NCBI GenBank assembly: GCA_945882015.1
Contig: CAMCVM010000004.1
Span: 35,473 to 99,472 of the forward strand
DNA: 64,000 nt
Source of the DNA: a candidate division TM6 bacterium GW2011_GWF2_32_72
GTDB taxonomy: Bacteria; Babelota; Babeliae; Babelales; CAIQNR01
Direction: 5' to 3'
In this document: piece by piece, positions 49,406 through 58,672 of the stretch
Numbering within the stretch: the first letter of the stretch is position 1
Layout: each line of letters begins with the position of its first letter
Program-made: the position numbers and the translations under genes
The notes under the pieces: generated by a model
The model's input: the letters and a program-made list of their open reading frames with translations, nothing else
What the model was told of the DNA's origin: nothing
The model's database searches: none

Positions 49406-49457
49406 TGCGAGCGTATTAACGTTAATCATGCATGTTATAAAACAAAAAGGATAATTA

Positions 49458-49955
49458 ATGAAAAAACAATTTCTAGCAATTGGATTGTTGCTTTCTTGCG
49501 TACAAGTTTCAAAACCAAATAATTTTCAACACTCGGGCTTGGCTTTAGTTGTTGCCGGCGCTGTTGTTTCACGTGGAGCAGAATTCTATTTTAGACAAAA
49601 TCCCAATCAGCCTGGTTTACTAACAAATGCTGGAAGCTATGTTGGAATGCAAGGAAAAGATGTAGCTAAGGTAGTTGCTGCAAGTTTAATAATGGGCGGG
49701 TTGGCAAAATCATTCCCAGAAGCGCTTTCAAAACCTCTAGCTGCAGCAGCTGGACTTGGAGCTACAGCTTTAACCCTCAAAGCTGCACTTGGCGATCATA
49801 ACCAAGAAAAAAATCCTTTAAGAATTAACTCTGTAGGTAAATGGGTAATTATAGGAGGTGCTGCTGGAGCTTGTTATAGTAATGTTCCAGTTGTTAAGGA
49901 TTTTGTTAATGGCATTTTAGGAAGAACCGCAACTGATCATTTTTATCAACTGTAA
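49458..49955 (+). CDS. Exported Gly/Ala-rich membrane protein (paralogue A)
   Basis: 165 aa. MKKQFLAIGLLLSCVQVSK..., ...LGDHNQEKNPLRINSVGKWVIIGGAAGACY...GILGRTATDHFYQL. Homologous to ORF 50043. Confidence 0.6.
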   Translation: MKKQFLAIGLLLSCVQVSKPNNFQHSGLALVVAGAVVSRGAEFYFRQNPNQPGLLTNAGSYVGMQGKDVAKVVAASLIMGGLAKSFPEALSKPLAAAAGLGATALTLKAALGDHNQEKNPLRINSVGKWVIIGGAAGACYSNVPVVKDFVNGILGRTATDHFYQL

Positions 49956-49986
49956 TTTTTAAGTAACGTATTCTGAATCTTAAAAA

Positions 49987-50016
49987 AAGGATCTAGAAAC
50001 AATCTAGGTCCTTTTT
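49987..50016 (+). terminator. Rho-independent terminator
   Basis: AAGGATCTAG-AAACAAT-CTAGGTCCTT (10 bp including one G-U) followed by TTTTTATT. Confidence 0.65.
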
Positions 50017-50042
50017 ATTATAAAAAACAACGGGGATGAACA

Positions 50043-50648
50043 ATGACAAAACAATGTTTAGCAATTGCATTATTGCTTTCTTGCGCACACTCTGCAAAAA
50101 GTAGTGAACTTGTGCACTTGCTGGCTGGTATTACTTGTGCAGCTGCAACAATATATGGAATTCATGAAGCTCAACAATGGGAAAAACCCTCTACAAATGG
50201 TTCCCCAGTTACAACTTGCGGCAAAGTAGAGGGGCATTTATATGGAGTTAATGTTACTATGCAATGGGGCAAGCAAGACCACAATGCTCCGGGTATTTTT
50301 ACAACAGTTGGCAACATAATTGGAACAACTGGATTGGGAGCTTTACAAGCAACTAATGTAGCAGGTGTTCTTGGTACCATGTCTTTTCTTTTTCCTTCAA
50401 CACGGGATGTTGTAATGCCTGCTGCAACTGTAGGATTTATCTATTTTGCTGGTAATAAATTGCTACTGGGTGCAAATCAAAAAGATAAACCTACTAATGT
50501 AAAAATCGGATCTGCGCTTGTTCTTAGTGTGGCAGGCTTAGGAACTTTGTATAAAACAAATGCGTTTCCTTCTCTTAATCAAATGGTAGATCGCGCACTC
50601 GGAAGAAAACCAACCCCTTTTTTGTATAGACTTATCGGCTATAAGTGA
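50043..50648 (+). CDS. Exported Gly/Ala-rich membrane protein (paralogue B)
   Basis: 201 aa. MTKQCLAIALLLSCAHSAK..., ...LGANQKDKPTNVKIGSALVLSVAGLGTLY...RALGRKPTPFLYRL. Homologous to ORF 49458. Confidence 0.6.
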   Translation: MTKQCLAIALLLSCAHSAKSSELVHLLAGITCAAATIYGIHEAQQWEKPSTNGSPVTTCGKVEGHLYGVNVTMQWGKQDHNAPGIFTTVGNIIGTTGLGALQATNVAGVLGTMSFLFPSTRDVVMPAATVGFIYFAGNKLLLGANQKDKPTNVKIGSALVLSVAGLGTLYKTNAFPSLNQMVDRALGRKPTPFLYRLIGYK

Positions 50649-50712
50649 TCTTATAATGTTATAATTTTTAACAAAAGAGTAAACATGGTAGACTTAAAAA
50701 AAAAGGAGTCCC

Positions 50713-51363
50713 ATGTTTATTTTTCCATCAAATCACAGTCAAAATATTAACCAACTGACCGCATTGATTGCGCAGCTTGATCCACTGGTACCAGGGTATC
50801 ATGTTGATATTATGGATGGCCATTACGTATCGCATACTATGGGATCAATTGAATTGACTCATCAAATAAGGAATCTTACACAGAAACAACTCTGGGTCCA
50901 TTTGATGGTACATAACCCGATAACTTGGATTGAACTATTACAACTTAATCCTGGCGATATTGTATCAGTCCATTATGAAACGATAGCAAAAGATTATGAA
51001 CGTTTTATTAAAACAGCTGAGCACAAGCAATTGGTCGCAAGTCTAGCAATCAACCCAGAAACACCAATTAAAAAGATCGATCATTTATTGCCATGCTTTA
51101 ACCATATTTTATTGATGTCGGTCAATCCTGGCGCATCTGGACAAGCTTTTATTCTTGGAACTTTTGAAAAAATTAACGAGCTTATTGACTGGCAAAAAAA
51201 GAACCATGCGAGCTTAAACATTACTGTTGATGGCGGAGTGAATGAAAGTAATATTAAACAACTAAAAGAGCTTAACGTTACTGCCGTTGCCGTTACCAAT
51301 GGACTTTTTAATAATTTTGACCCTATTGATAACTTTAATAAGCTCAAAAAGCTGACAGAGTAA
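50713..51363 (+). CDS. rpe: Ribulose-phosphate 3-epimerase
   Basis: 216 aa. HVDIMDGHYV, LLMSVNPGASGQAF and VDGGVN motifs. AAGGAG RBS. Confidence 0.88.
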   Translation: MFIFPSNHSQNINQLTALIAQLDPLVPGYHVDIMDGHYVSHTMGSIELTHQIRNLTQKQLWVHLMVHNPITWIELLQLNPGDIVSVHYETIAKDYERFIKTAEHKQLVASLAINPETPIKKIDHLLPCFNHILLMSVNPGASGQAFILGTFEKINELIDWQKKNHASLNITVDGGVNESNIKQLKELNVTAVAVTNGLFNNFDPIDNFNKLKKLTE

Positions 51364-51449
51364 CAATTTCTTGTTTTTGATGTCTTAAAATTGCTACTCT
51401 CAAAGTAGAATATATGGTTATAAGCTCTTTAAAAAAGGGGCAGGAGGTT

Positions 51450-53879
51450 ATGATGAAGGTTAATCAAGTACTATTGTCTTTTCTACTAGTATTAGGTCTT
51501 ACAAACATCACGCTACAAGCTGGTCAAGCTGTTAAAGTTATTAAAGGTATTGGAACAGGATTTGCAACTGCCGGTCGAATCGCAACCAACAGAGCAACTA
51601 AAAAAGAAGAACAAATGTTTATGGCGGTTAACGCAGGAGCATTCTTATTAGAATTCATAAGAGATCTTACAAAGAAAACAAAAGAAAAACCTGCTGATCA
51701 AAGAAGCTACGTGGAAAATATGTGTATGGCACTTACTGGTTCTACTTCGCTAACACAAGCCCTTATAGATGCAGGAAAAAGAAATTTAAATACAGTTGTC
51801 GATATATTTAAAGACAAAAAAACAGCAGAATTAATAAAAACTATTAACAATGAAATAGCTGAAGATCTCACTCTTAGTGAAAAAATAGAGTTACTGACTC
51901 CTACTCAAAAAAAAGAAGTTGAAAATTTTACAGCTAAATTCGATAAAGCAACCAGTCCAGTTATTCGATTATTGAAAGGAGAAAGTAGTCGACTTGAAGC
52001 TATAGCAATAGAAATTTCGCTGGGAGTTGTAAGATTTATTAATCGGATCAGAACTTGGACTAAAGGGAAACCTCTTGACGCAGTAGGTACTTTGGCAGAA
52101 GAAGCAACAACTATTTTAGGAAATAAAATAAAGGTATGCGTTAATGGTGTTTGCCAATATCTTATTAAAAAAGTAATTGAAATTAGCGGTAAAACTATTT
52201 CTATCTTCGTCGATAAGTACGGAAAAATAGTTGATGCAACGGGTAACGTCATGAATAAATTTATAGATATACATGGCAACCTAGTAGAAGTATATATTGA
52301 TGCACAAGGGAAAATCCGCGATGCAAGTAATAAACTTGTTGACTTAGCCCTTGATGCACAAGGTCAATTAATTACTGCTACTACTAAAGTAGTAAATTAT
52401 ATGACTGATAAAACTGGCCAGCTAGTTGATATCGGGGGTAAAGTTCTTGGACAGGTAGCAGATTCTGTAGGATTCACTCCAGAAAAAAGAGAGCAAGCGC
52501 TGGATTTACTTATAAGTACAACAGATGGACTTATTACAGGAAATATATCAGCAATGGAGGTAGGAAGAAATATATTCTCTTCAATGCTTCCACAACCATC
52601 AGAAGCTTCTCCTGAAATTTCGCTCGCTGAGTTAGAACAATTTTTACATGACAACGTTATTGAAAACCTAAGAAAGTATCAAGATGACCCTGAAGAATTA
52701 GCTAAACAAATTGAGAGATCTCTTAAAAATCTTGAAGCGCAACTTCATCGCCGTGAGCTTAGCGAAAACACAATGAAAATAATATCTATCAGATTAAAAA
52801 ATGAAATAGATAATTCAATTCTTCGAGAAATAGACCTTTCTGAATTTGGCAAGCTCACTCAAAAGCTACAAAATGCTGTTATAGAATCTTGGAGAGATGG
52901 TTATGATGAAGATTTCATGAAGCTTTCCGAACAATATTATGATCTTTTCCCAGAAAATGTTCTCATAAAAATAGAGGAAGCCTTAGAAACAGCTTTTCTA
53001 GAGTCGGAGCTCAATCTTACAGAAGAAGCAGATCACGAAGCGCTTACATTTAAGATTAGTAAGATTAAAGAAACTATCAGTCAGAAAAATAAAAGTAATG
53101 CAACTTTAAAAGAAGCTATTACGAGAAATGCTAGTAATTCAAAGGAGCTTGTTGAAATTTATAAGGCAAACCCAACTAATCCTGAAATTCAAGAACTTAT
53201 TATTGCAAAACTTGCAGATATAATGGCACAAAATAAAATCCTGGATCCTAGTACTCCAGAAGCCCTCGTAACAAAAGTTTTTGAGAAGTACACCGAACAA
53301 AAAAATGCAAAAGCTACAGCTATTCTTAAAAATACAGTCATCGCTAATGCTAACAATTCAAAAGAACTGATTAAAATGTATAACGAAAATACAAATAACA
53401 CCGAAGTTCAACAACTGATTATTGAGAAGCTCGCTGATATCGTTGCACAAAATAAAATGCTCGATCCTAATATTTCTGATTCACTAGAAACTTTAGTGCT
53501 TAGAAAATGGGAAGAAAAACAACAACAGTCTCATACAGATACCCTGCAAAAAGCTACTGATGCAAAAAAACAACAAGAGGCTGAAATTACTCAACATATT
53601 ATTCCTACTACGCCTACTCAACCTGATAAAACTACACCTAGCAAAACAACACCAGCTACTCAAAATGGAACTGTAACAGATCCTCAAGCAACCGACAACG
53701 CTGGACAAAATCAAGAAGAAGATATCTTTCATGATACAGCAACAACACTAGAAGAACTACTAGAACAATATCAAAAAGAGGAGGCTGCAAAAAGAGCTCA
53801 AGAAGAACAAGCAGCAAAGGAAAAAGCAATTGAATTAGCTAAAGCTGAACAACACACTGCTACCACCCATGGACTGTAA
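51450..53879 (+). CDS. Large exported repeat protein, unknown function
   Basis: Start at the ATGATG after GGAGG. Signal-like MMKVNQVLLSFLLVLGLTNITLQA. Two internal repeat classes and a T/P/Q-rich then E/A/K-rich tail. Confidence 0.6.
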   Translation: MMKVNQVLLSFLLVLGLTNITLQAGQAVKVIKGIGTGFATAGRIATNRATKKEEQMFMAVNAGAFLLEFIRDLTKKTKEKPADQRSYVENMCMALTGSTSLTQALIDAGKRNLNTVVDIFKDKKTAELIKTINNEIAEDLTLSEKIELLTPTQKKEVENFTAKFDKATSPVIRLLKGESSRLEAIAIEISLGVVRFINRIRTWTKGKPLDAVGTLAEEATTILGNKIKVCVNGVCQYLIKKVIEISGKTISIFVDKYGKIVDATGNVMNKFIDIHGNLVEVYIDAQGKIRDASNKLVDLALDAQGQLITATTKVVNYMTDKTGQLVDIGGKVLGQVADSVGFTPEKREQALDLLISTTDGLITGNISAMEVGRNIFSSMLPQPSEASPEISLAELEQFLHDNVIENLRKYQDDPEELAKQIERSLKNLEAQLHRRELSENTMKIISIRLKNEIDNSILREIDLSEFGKLTQKLQNAVIESWRDGYDEDFMKLSEQYYDLFPENVLIKIEEALETAFLESELNLTEEADHEALTFKISKIKETISQKNKSNATLKEAITRNASNSKELVEIYKANPTNPEIQELIIAKLADIMAQNKILDPSTPEALVTKVFEKYTEQKNAKATAILKNTVIANANNSKELIKMYNENTNNTEVQQLIIEKLADIVAQNKMLDPNISDSLETLVLRKWEEKQQQSHTDTLQKATDAKKQQEAEITQHIIPTTPTQPDKTTPSKTTPATQNGTVTDPQATDNAGQNQEEDIFHDTATTLEELLEQYQKEEAAKRAQEEQAAKEKAIELAKAEQHTATTHGL
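52209..52460 (+). repeat. Intragenic degenerate short repeats ([VIL]D-x2-G-x-[LIV] units)
   Basis: Five recurring units: VDKYGKIVDATGNV / IDIHGNLVEVY / IDAQGKIRDASNKLV / LDAQGQLITATTKV / TDKTGQLVDIGGKV. Confidence 0.55.
53097..53522 (+). repeat. Intragenic tandem duplication (two units of about 70 aa)
   Basis: NASNSKELVEIYKANPTNPEIQELIIAKLADIMAQNKILDP versus NANNSKELIKMYNENTNNTEVQQLIIEKLADIVAQNKMLDP. The DNA shares GCACAAAATAAAAT. Units start in frame at 53097 and 53304. Confidence 0.8.
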
Positions 53880-53898
53880 TGGTAAGTAATTAACAATA

Positions 53899-53948
53899 GA
53901 AAGAGCTATGAATAAAAAGCATTAAACTTTTTATTCATAGCTCTTTTG
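53899..53948. terminator. Bidirectional terminator between convergent genes
   Basis: AAAGAGCTATGAATAAAAAG-CATTAAA-CTTTTTATTCATAGCTCTTT, a perfect 20-bp stem followed by TTT. Confidence 0.8.
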
Positions 53949-53970
53949 AAATTATTATTAGTTAGATAAT

Positions 53971-54315
53971 TCAGCTATTTGCAATATGACCCTTAATTTC
54001 TACAGCTTTTCCTTTAAGTGCTTCCATTTTTTCACCTAAAACAGCTAAAGCTTTTTCTGATTTTTTAAATGCTTCAATCTGCGCTTTAGTAGCCGGCATA
54101 TTCAAAGCAGTTGCATTCTTTATAACTTTAGCATTCTCAATATGTTTTTTTTCTAACTCAGCTTGTTTCACTCGATATCTACTACACAGCTCAAATATAT
54201 TACCTTCATCTTTTGCTATAGTATCTTCATAAGAAGGTAATTCTGCAGCTGCATTGATTGAAGCAGTAAACAGCGTAATTAAGCCTACTACTAACAGTGT
54301 ATTTTTTTGTGTCAT
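53971..54315 (-). CDS. Exported coiled-coil protein, unknown function
   Basis: Start at the second ATG (MTQKNTLLVVGLITLFTASINAAA), which has AAAGGA 8 nt upstream. The remainder is heptad-like and Lys/Glu/Ala-rich. Confidence 0.5.
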   Translation of the reverse strand: MTQKNTLLVVGLITLFTASINAAAELPSYEDTIAKDEGNIFELCSRYRVKQAELEKKHIENAKVIKNATALNMPATKAQIEAFKKSEKALAVLGEKMEALKGKAVEIKGHIANS

Positions 54316-54502
54316 GGATAACATCCTTTAAAATGGTTGGTTATAGAAAGCTTATGTTTTTGATAAGCTTTTGAATCAATCTTCTACTGTAAAGCAAATC
54401 ATTGCAAAGTACAAATGGGGTCTTGTATAAGCTCCATTGCAGCCTATACTTAGATAAAGCTCCTGCTATACTTATTTTTATTTACTACCTTTATGAGTTT
54501 TT

Positions 54503-55207
54503 ATGACACCTGAACAACTCAAATTTTTTACTGCCCTGCCTGTTCCATGGCAAGCTCCATTACAAAAGGTCTGCGCTACCCCAGAAATTGACTTACTCGT
54601 CAAATTTTTGCAACAACGGGAAGCTGCCGGTGCAGTCATTTACCCGCCAAAACAGTCTATTTTTGCTGCTTTACAGGCAACCCCTTTTGATAAGGTGTCT
54701 GTAGTTATTGTGGGGCAAGACCCTTATCATGGACCTGGGCAAGCTCATGGGCTCAGTTTTAGCGTTCCAAAAGGGATTGTGCAACCGCCATCGTTGCGTA
54801 ATATTTTTAAAGAACTCAAAGGGGACCTTGGCATAGCAACCCCTTTTTCTGGGACATTAACCAGTTGGGCAGAGCAAGGTGTTTTATTACTCAATGCACT
54901 GTTGACTGTAGAAGAAAATAGTCCTGCAAGCCATGCCGGAAAAGGCTGGGAACAGTTTACCGATGCTATTATTGCAGCATTGATTAAACGCAACCAACCA
55001 ACAGTTTTTATGTTGTGGGGAGCTTATGCACAAAAAAAAGTTGCTCATGTAGGACTTACTGTTGCCCCATCAATCCATTTAATCTTAAAAGCAGCGCATC
55101 CTTCGCCGTTTTCTGTAACCAAATTTTTAGGTTGCAAGCATTTTTCACAAGCAAATACGTTTTTAAAAGAACATCATTTAGAAGAGATTGATTGGCTGAT
55201 TAAGTAA
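54503..55207 (+). CDS. ung: Uracil-DNA glycosylase, family 1
   Basis: 234 aa. GQDPYHGPGQAHGLSFSV, LLLNALLTV and AAHPSPFS motifs. Confidence 0.93.
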   Translation: MTPEQLKFFTALPVPWQAPLQKVCATPEIDLLVKFLQQREAAGAVIYPPKQSIFAALQATPFDKVSVVIVGQDPYHGPGQAHGLSFSVPKGIVQPPSLRNIFKELKGDLGIATPFSGTLTSWAEQGVLLLNALLTVEENSPASHAGKGWEQFTDAIIAALIKRNQPTVFMLWGAYAQKKVAHVGLTVAPSIHLILKAAHPSPFSVTKFLGCKHFSQANTFLKEHHLEEIDWLIK

Positions 55208-55301
55208 GCCAGTTTTGCGGGTATAAAGGTAAGAAGTTTGCCGTATTAAAAAGACCGTCCTACGCATAAAGCTACAGAGGGCACTTTTTTGAAAGAAAAA
55301 A

Positions 55302-55378
<77 letters not shown>

Positions 55379-55422
55379 AATAAGAGTTTTAAGTATACGC
55401 TAAGAATCAGCCTTTTTCAATC

Positions 55423-56928
55423 TTAAATCTCTGGAGCAATAAAGAGTGTTTTAAATTCTTTAATGACTACCAAAAGTTCAGTATGTGTTTCTGGGCTCAA
55501 GTCCTGAGAAATTTCAATTGCTTGATACAAATGGTCATAAACCGATTCAACATAGCTGGCAAACTGTGTTACAAAAGCATGAACATCTGACACCGGAACA
55601 TCATCAAGCGCACCTTCTTGCAAGACTAATAACATTAATGCTTGTTGCACAAATGAATAGGTAATAAATTGAGCCTGCTTTAAAATCTCAACCGCTCTTT
55701 GCCCTCGAGCAAGCTGCTCTTGAGCATTAGTGTCAAGTTCTGTACCAAACTGAGAAAAATCTAACAGTTCACGATATTGCGCTAGTTCAAGGCCTAATGT
55801 TTTTGCAGTTTTTTTAATTGCCTTAGTTTGCGCTGCTCCACCAACTCGTGAAACAGAAAGCCCAATATTAACCGCTGGGCGTATACCACTTTTAAATAAT
55901 TGATCATCTAAAAAAATCTGCCCGTCGGTAATAGAAATCAAATTAGTTGGAATATAGGCAGTGATGTCGTCACTTTGTATTTGCACAAGGGGTAAAGCCG
56001 TTAAAGAGCCCCCATTAAGTATTTTCCCTGCTCGTTCTAATAAACGAGAATGCAAATAAAACACATCACCTGGATATGCTTCACGTCCTGGCGGTCGACG
56101 CATCAAAAGAGACATTTCACGATAGGCAATTGCATGATTACTTAAATCATCGTAAACAATTAAAGCGTCTCTGCCTTGTTTTCTAAAATATTCACCAATG
56201 GTGCAACCAACATATGGTGCCAAATATTGGCATAAAACAGAATCAGCTGAATCAGCACTGACAATGACGGTGTATTCAAGTGCTCCATTTTCTACTAATA
56301 ATCGAATTTTACGTGCTAAATTTGCTTGGCGCTGACCAATAGAAACATAAATACATAAAACATTTTTACCTTTTTGGTGCAAAATTGCATCAAGTGCCAA
56401 TGCTGTTTTACCGGTATTTCTATTGCCAATAATCAGCTCTCGTTGCCCTTTACCAATCGGGATCAGTGAATCAATTGCCATGATTCCTGTTTCAAGCGAT
56501 TCATTGACAGGAGAACGTTCAATCACACCCGGAGCAAATGCTTCAATAGGTGATCGTTCTAAATTTTCTAAACCACCTTTTCCATCAATTGGCTTACCCA
56601 TTGCATTTAAAGTTCTGCCTAAAAGTTCCATACCTACAGGCGCTTTAAAAACTTGACCGGTTCGGCGAACTACTTCAAGTTCAACAACCGTAATGGAATT
56701 GTATAATAAAAACACTGTTACGTAATCTTGCTCTAAATTTAAAATAATTCCTCGATTGCCTCCTTCAAAATCAACCAATTCATTATAAATTGCTTTTTCA
56801 AGACCATGAACCTGGCAAATACCGTCCCCAACCTGGATAACTTTTCCGATTTCATCAAGGTTTGTTTGTGGTTGGCCAGCTAGTGCCTTTTCAAATAAAG
56901 AAACTAAATCAGTATTTTTAATATCCAT
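55423..56928 (-). CDS. atpA: F-type ATP synthase alpha subunit
   Basis: 501 aa. Walker A GNRNTGKTALALDAI, CIYVSIGQRQ and GSLTALPLVQIQSDDITAYIPTNLISITDGQIFL. Confidence 0.95.
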   Translation of the reverse strand: MDIKNTDLVSLFEKALAGQPQTNLDEIGKVIQVGDGICQVHGLEKAIYNELVDFEGGNRGIILNLEQDYVTVFLLYNSITVVELEVVRRTGQVFKAPVGMELLGRTLNAMGKPIDGKGGLENLERSPIEAFAPGVIERSPVNESLETGIMAIDSLIPIGKGQRELIIGNRNTGKTALALDAILHQKGKNVLCIYVSIGQRQANLARKIRLLVENGALEYTVIVSADSADSVLCQYLAPYVGCTIGEYFRKQGRDALIVYDDLSNHAIAYREMSLLMRRPPGREAYPGDVFYLHSRLLERAGKILNGGSLTALPLVQIQSDDITAYIPTNLISITDGQIFLDDQLFKSGIRPAVNIGLSVSRVGGAAQTKAIKKTAKTLGLELAQYRELLDFSQFGTELDTNAQEQLARGQRAVEILKQAQFITYSFVQQALMLLVLQEGALDDVPVSDVHAFVTQFASYVESVYDHLYQAIEISQDLSPETHTELLVVIKEFKTLFIAPEI

Positions 56929-56935
56929 TCTTTTC

Positions 56936-57490
56936 CTAACGCTTGAGTGAGCATCGTATCCGGTCTAATCGCCCTTTTATTGAATCTTCCCACAAGAATT
57001 GATCACTTTGCAATCGTATTCCTGCAATCAGATTTGGGTCTTGTTTATATTCACACACTACAAATTTTTCTGTCGCTTGTTCTAAAAACAACTGTATTGA
57101 ATCTTTTTCTTCTGTAGTCAGTTGCCCCACAAAAGACACTACAAAACTTATCTGATTATTCCTCTTTTTAACCTCTTGAGCAAGTATTGCAAATAAATTT
57201 TGCAACAATGATGTTCTTTTGTGCTGCATTAAAAGGTTGATAAGGTTATCAAATGATTCTGGTAGCTCAAGCGCAAGACGTACCTGTTGTAAATTTTTAA
57301 GTTTATATACCTGATCAAGCAATGGGGATTCAAGCAAGAAATAAAGATTTTTTCTGCTGTTAAAATAAAGATGAGCCTTTTTTAATACATCTGTATTGAT
57401 TGTCTTTAATGTATCATAATAAAGATGCAAAAATGCTTGAACATAGACTTGAGTCAACTGCTCTGTTTGCATTTTTGTGCTATTATTCAT
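56936..57490 (-). CDS. atpH: F-type ATP synthase delta (OSCP) subunit
   Basis: 184 aa. Call rests on position between b and alpha, size, and C-terminal LIAGIRLQSDQFLWEDSIKGRLDRI (OSCP-like G.....g....D.S....L). Confidence 0.7.
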   Translation of the reverse strand: MNNSTKMQTEQLTQVYVQAFLHLYYDTLKTINTDVLKKAHLYFNSRKNLYFLLESPLLDQVYKLKNLQQVRLALELPESFDNLINLLMQHKRTSLLQNLFAILAQEVKKRNNQISFVVSFVGQLTTEEKDSIQLFLEQATEKFVVCEYKQDPNLIAGIRLQSDQFLWEDSIKGRLDRIRCSLKR

Positions 57491-57980
57491 GCGCTTCCTT
57501 TTTTAAAGGAATAATTGCTTTACTCAGAAACTGCTTTTGCTGTTCAGGAGCCCTAAAAAAATCTTGTAGCTCTTGCTCTGCCTGTTCAAGTGCATGCGGT
57601 ATAATTCTTTTTTGTGAATATAACTGAGCCAAGCCCTGCATCTGATTGCTTTGATACTCTTTTACTCGTTCTTGAGAAGCTACTTTTTCTTGTTCTCTAT
57701 TGACCATCCGTTTTTTTACCGCAGAAGCCCATGTTTGCACATGCTTTAAAAGAGATTGCGTTTCTTTTCGTTTAAGAAACCCTGTATCAAAAACAGTTTT
57801 TTTTTGCTGCTTAATAACGTTTATTTTTTCTTGCAGATGGTGCAAAAACTGCTCTTGCTGAAGAACCCCATCTTTTAAAAAGCTTATTACGTAAACCTTA
57901 AAAATTTTCTGGATGCAATAAGCTAAAAGAGCAAAACAAATAAGATGAAAAATTCCATGAAAAGAAAAAATATCAATCAT
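57483..57980 (-). CDS. atpF: F-type ATP synthase b subunit
   Basis: 165 aa. Single N-terminal TM (FHLICFALLAYCIQKIF) then a long charged helix. Position in the operon supports the call. Confidence 0.62.
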   Translation of the reverse strand: MIDIFSFHGIFHLICFALLAYCIQKIFKVYVISFLKDGVLQQEQFLHHLQEKINVIKQQKKTVFDTGFLKRKETQSLLKHVQTWASAVKKRMVNREQEKVASQERVKEYQSNQMQGLAQLYSQKRIIPHALEQAEQELQDFFRAPEQQKQFLSKAIIPLKKEAHE

Positions 57981-58341
57981 GCTTTACCTGTTTTAGAATA
58001 GCTTTTTTAGTATTTTTAATTAAAAGCTCTTTATCAGTTTTATTCATTTCTGGAATCATAGGGCAAACAATAGCGGAGTAGGACAAAATAGCATGAGGGT
58101 CATAAGCAGGAGCTTCTTTTTTCAGTTGAACATGCTGATTCTTCCAAAAATTTTTTTGTGAACTTTCTTCTTGTTCAATAGTTAATGCTTCTTGCTTAAG
58201 AGTCTTTTGATAATCATCTATAACCGCTTTTTCTTGTTCAATAAATTTTACAAAGGGGCGCAATAAATAGTTATCTAAAAAAAACCACGCAATTAAAAAA
58301 TGAGCCATTTGAATGAAAATTGTAGCATTAACCTCAACCAT
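57973..58341 (-). CDS. F-type ATP synthase b' subunit
   Basis: 122 aa. N-terminal NATIFIQMAHFLIAWFFLDNYLLRPFVKFIEQEKAVI matches the b-family N-terminus. It is the second b-type gene directly after c. Confidence 0.6.
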   Translation of the reverse strand: MVEVNATIFIQMAHFLIAWFFLDNYLLRPFVKFIEQEKAVIDDYQKTLKQEALTIEQEESSQKNFWKNQHVQLKKEAPAYDPHAILSYSAIVCPMIPEMNKTDKELLIKNTKKAILKQVKHD

Positions 58342-58364
58342 AGCAGCATCCTTTAAACGAATTT

Positions 58365-58610
58365 TTATCGATTAAAAATAATTAAAAGAAGCGCAATCAA
58401 AAAAGCATAAATTGCAGACGATTCAATAATCGCCATTGCAATCATCATAGTCATTCGAATTTTATCTGCACTTTCTGGATATTTCCCAATACTCTCACAG
58501 GCTTTTGTTCCCACAAGACCTTGTCCAATTGCTGGACCAACGCTACCTAATCCCATCGCAATTGCTGCACCAAGAAATGCTGCTGCTTTTGCATAAAAGA
58601 GACCTTCCAT
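58365..58610 (-). CDS. atpE: F-type ATP synthase c subunit (Na+-ligand signature)
   Basis: 81-aa two-helix hairpin. GLGSVGPAIGQG in helix 1 and the ion-binding Glu within AIIESSAIYAF in helix 2. Confidence 0.9.
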   Translation of the reverse strand: MEGLFYAKAAAFLGAAIAMGLGSVGPAIGQGLVGTKACESIGKYPESADKIRMTMMIAMAIIESSAIYAFLIALLLIIFNR

Positions 58611-58672
58611 ATGGATTGCCTTTCTGTATAAACAATTTTTATTATGTCAGTCTATCTCATTTTTTCTAGTTT

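Noticed and set aside
49415-49426. Perfect 12-bp palindrome ATTAACGTTAAT just downstream of the ORF 49458 promoter, considered as an operator
   Set aside because: AT-rich 12-bp palindromes are expected many times by chance at this base composition, and no second copy was noticed.
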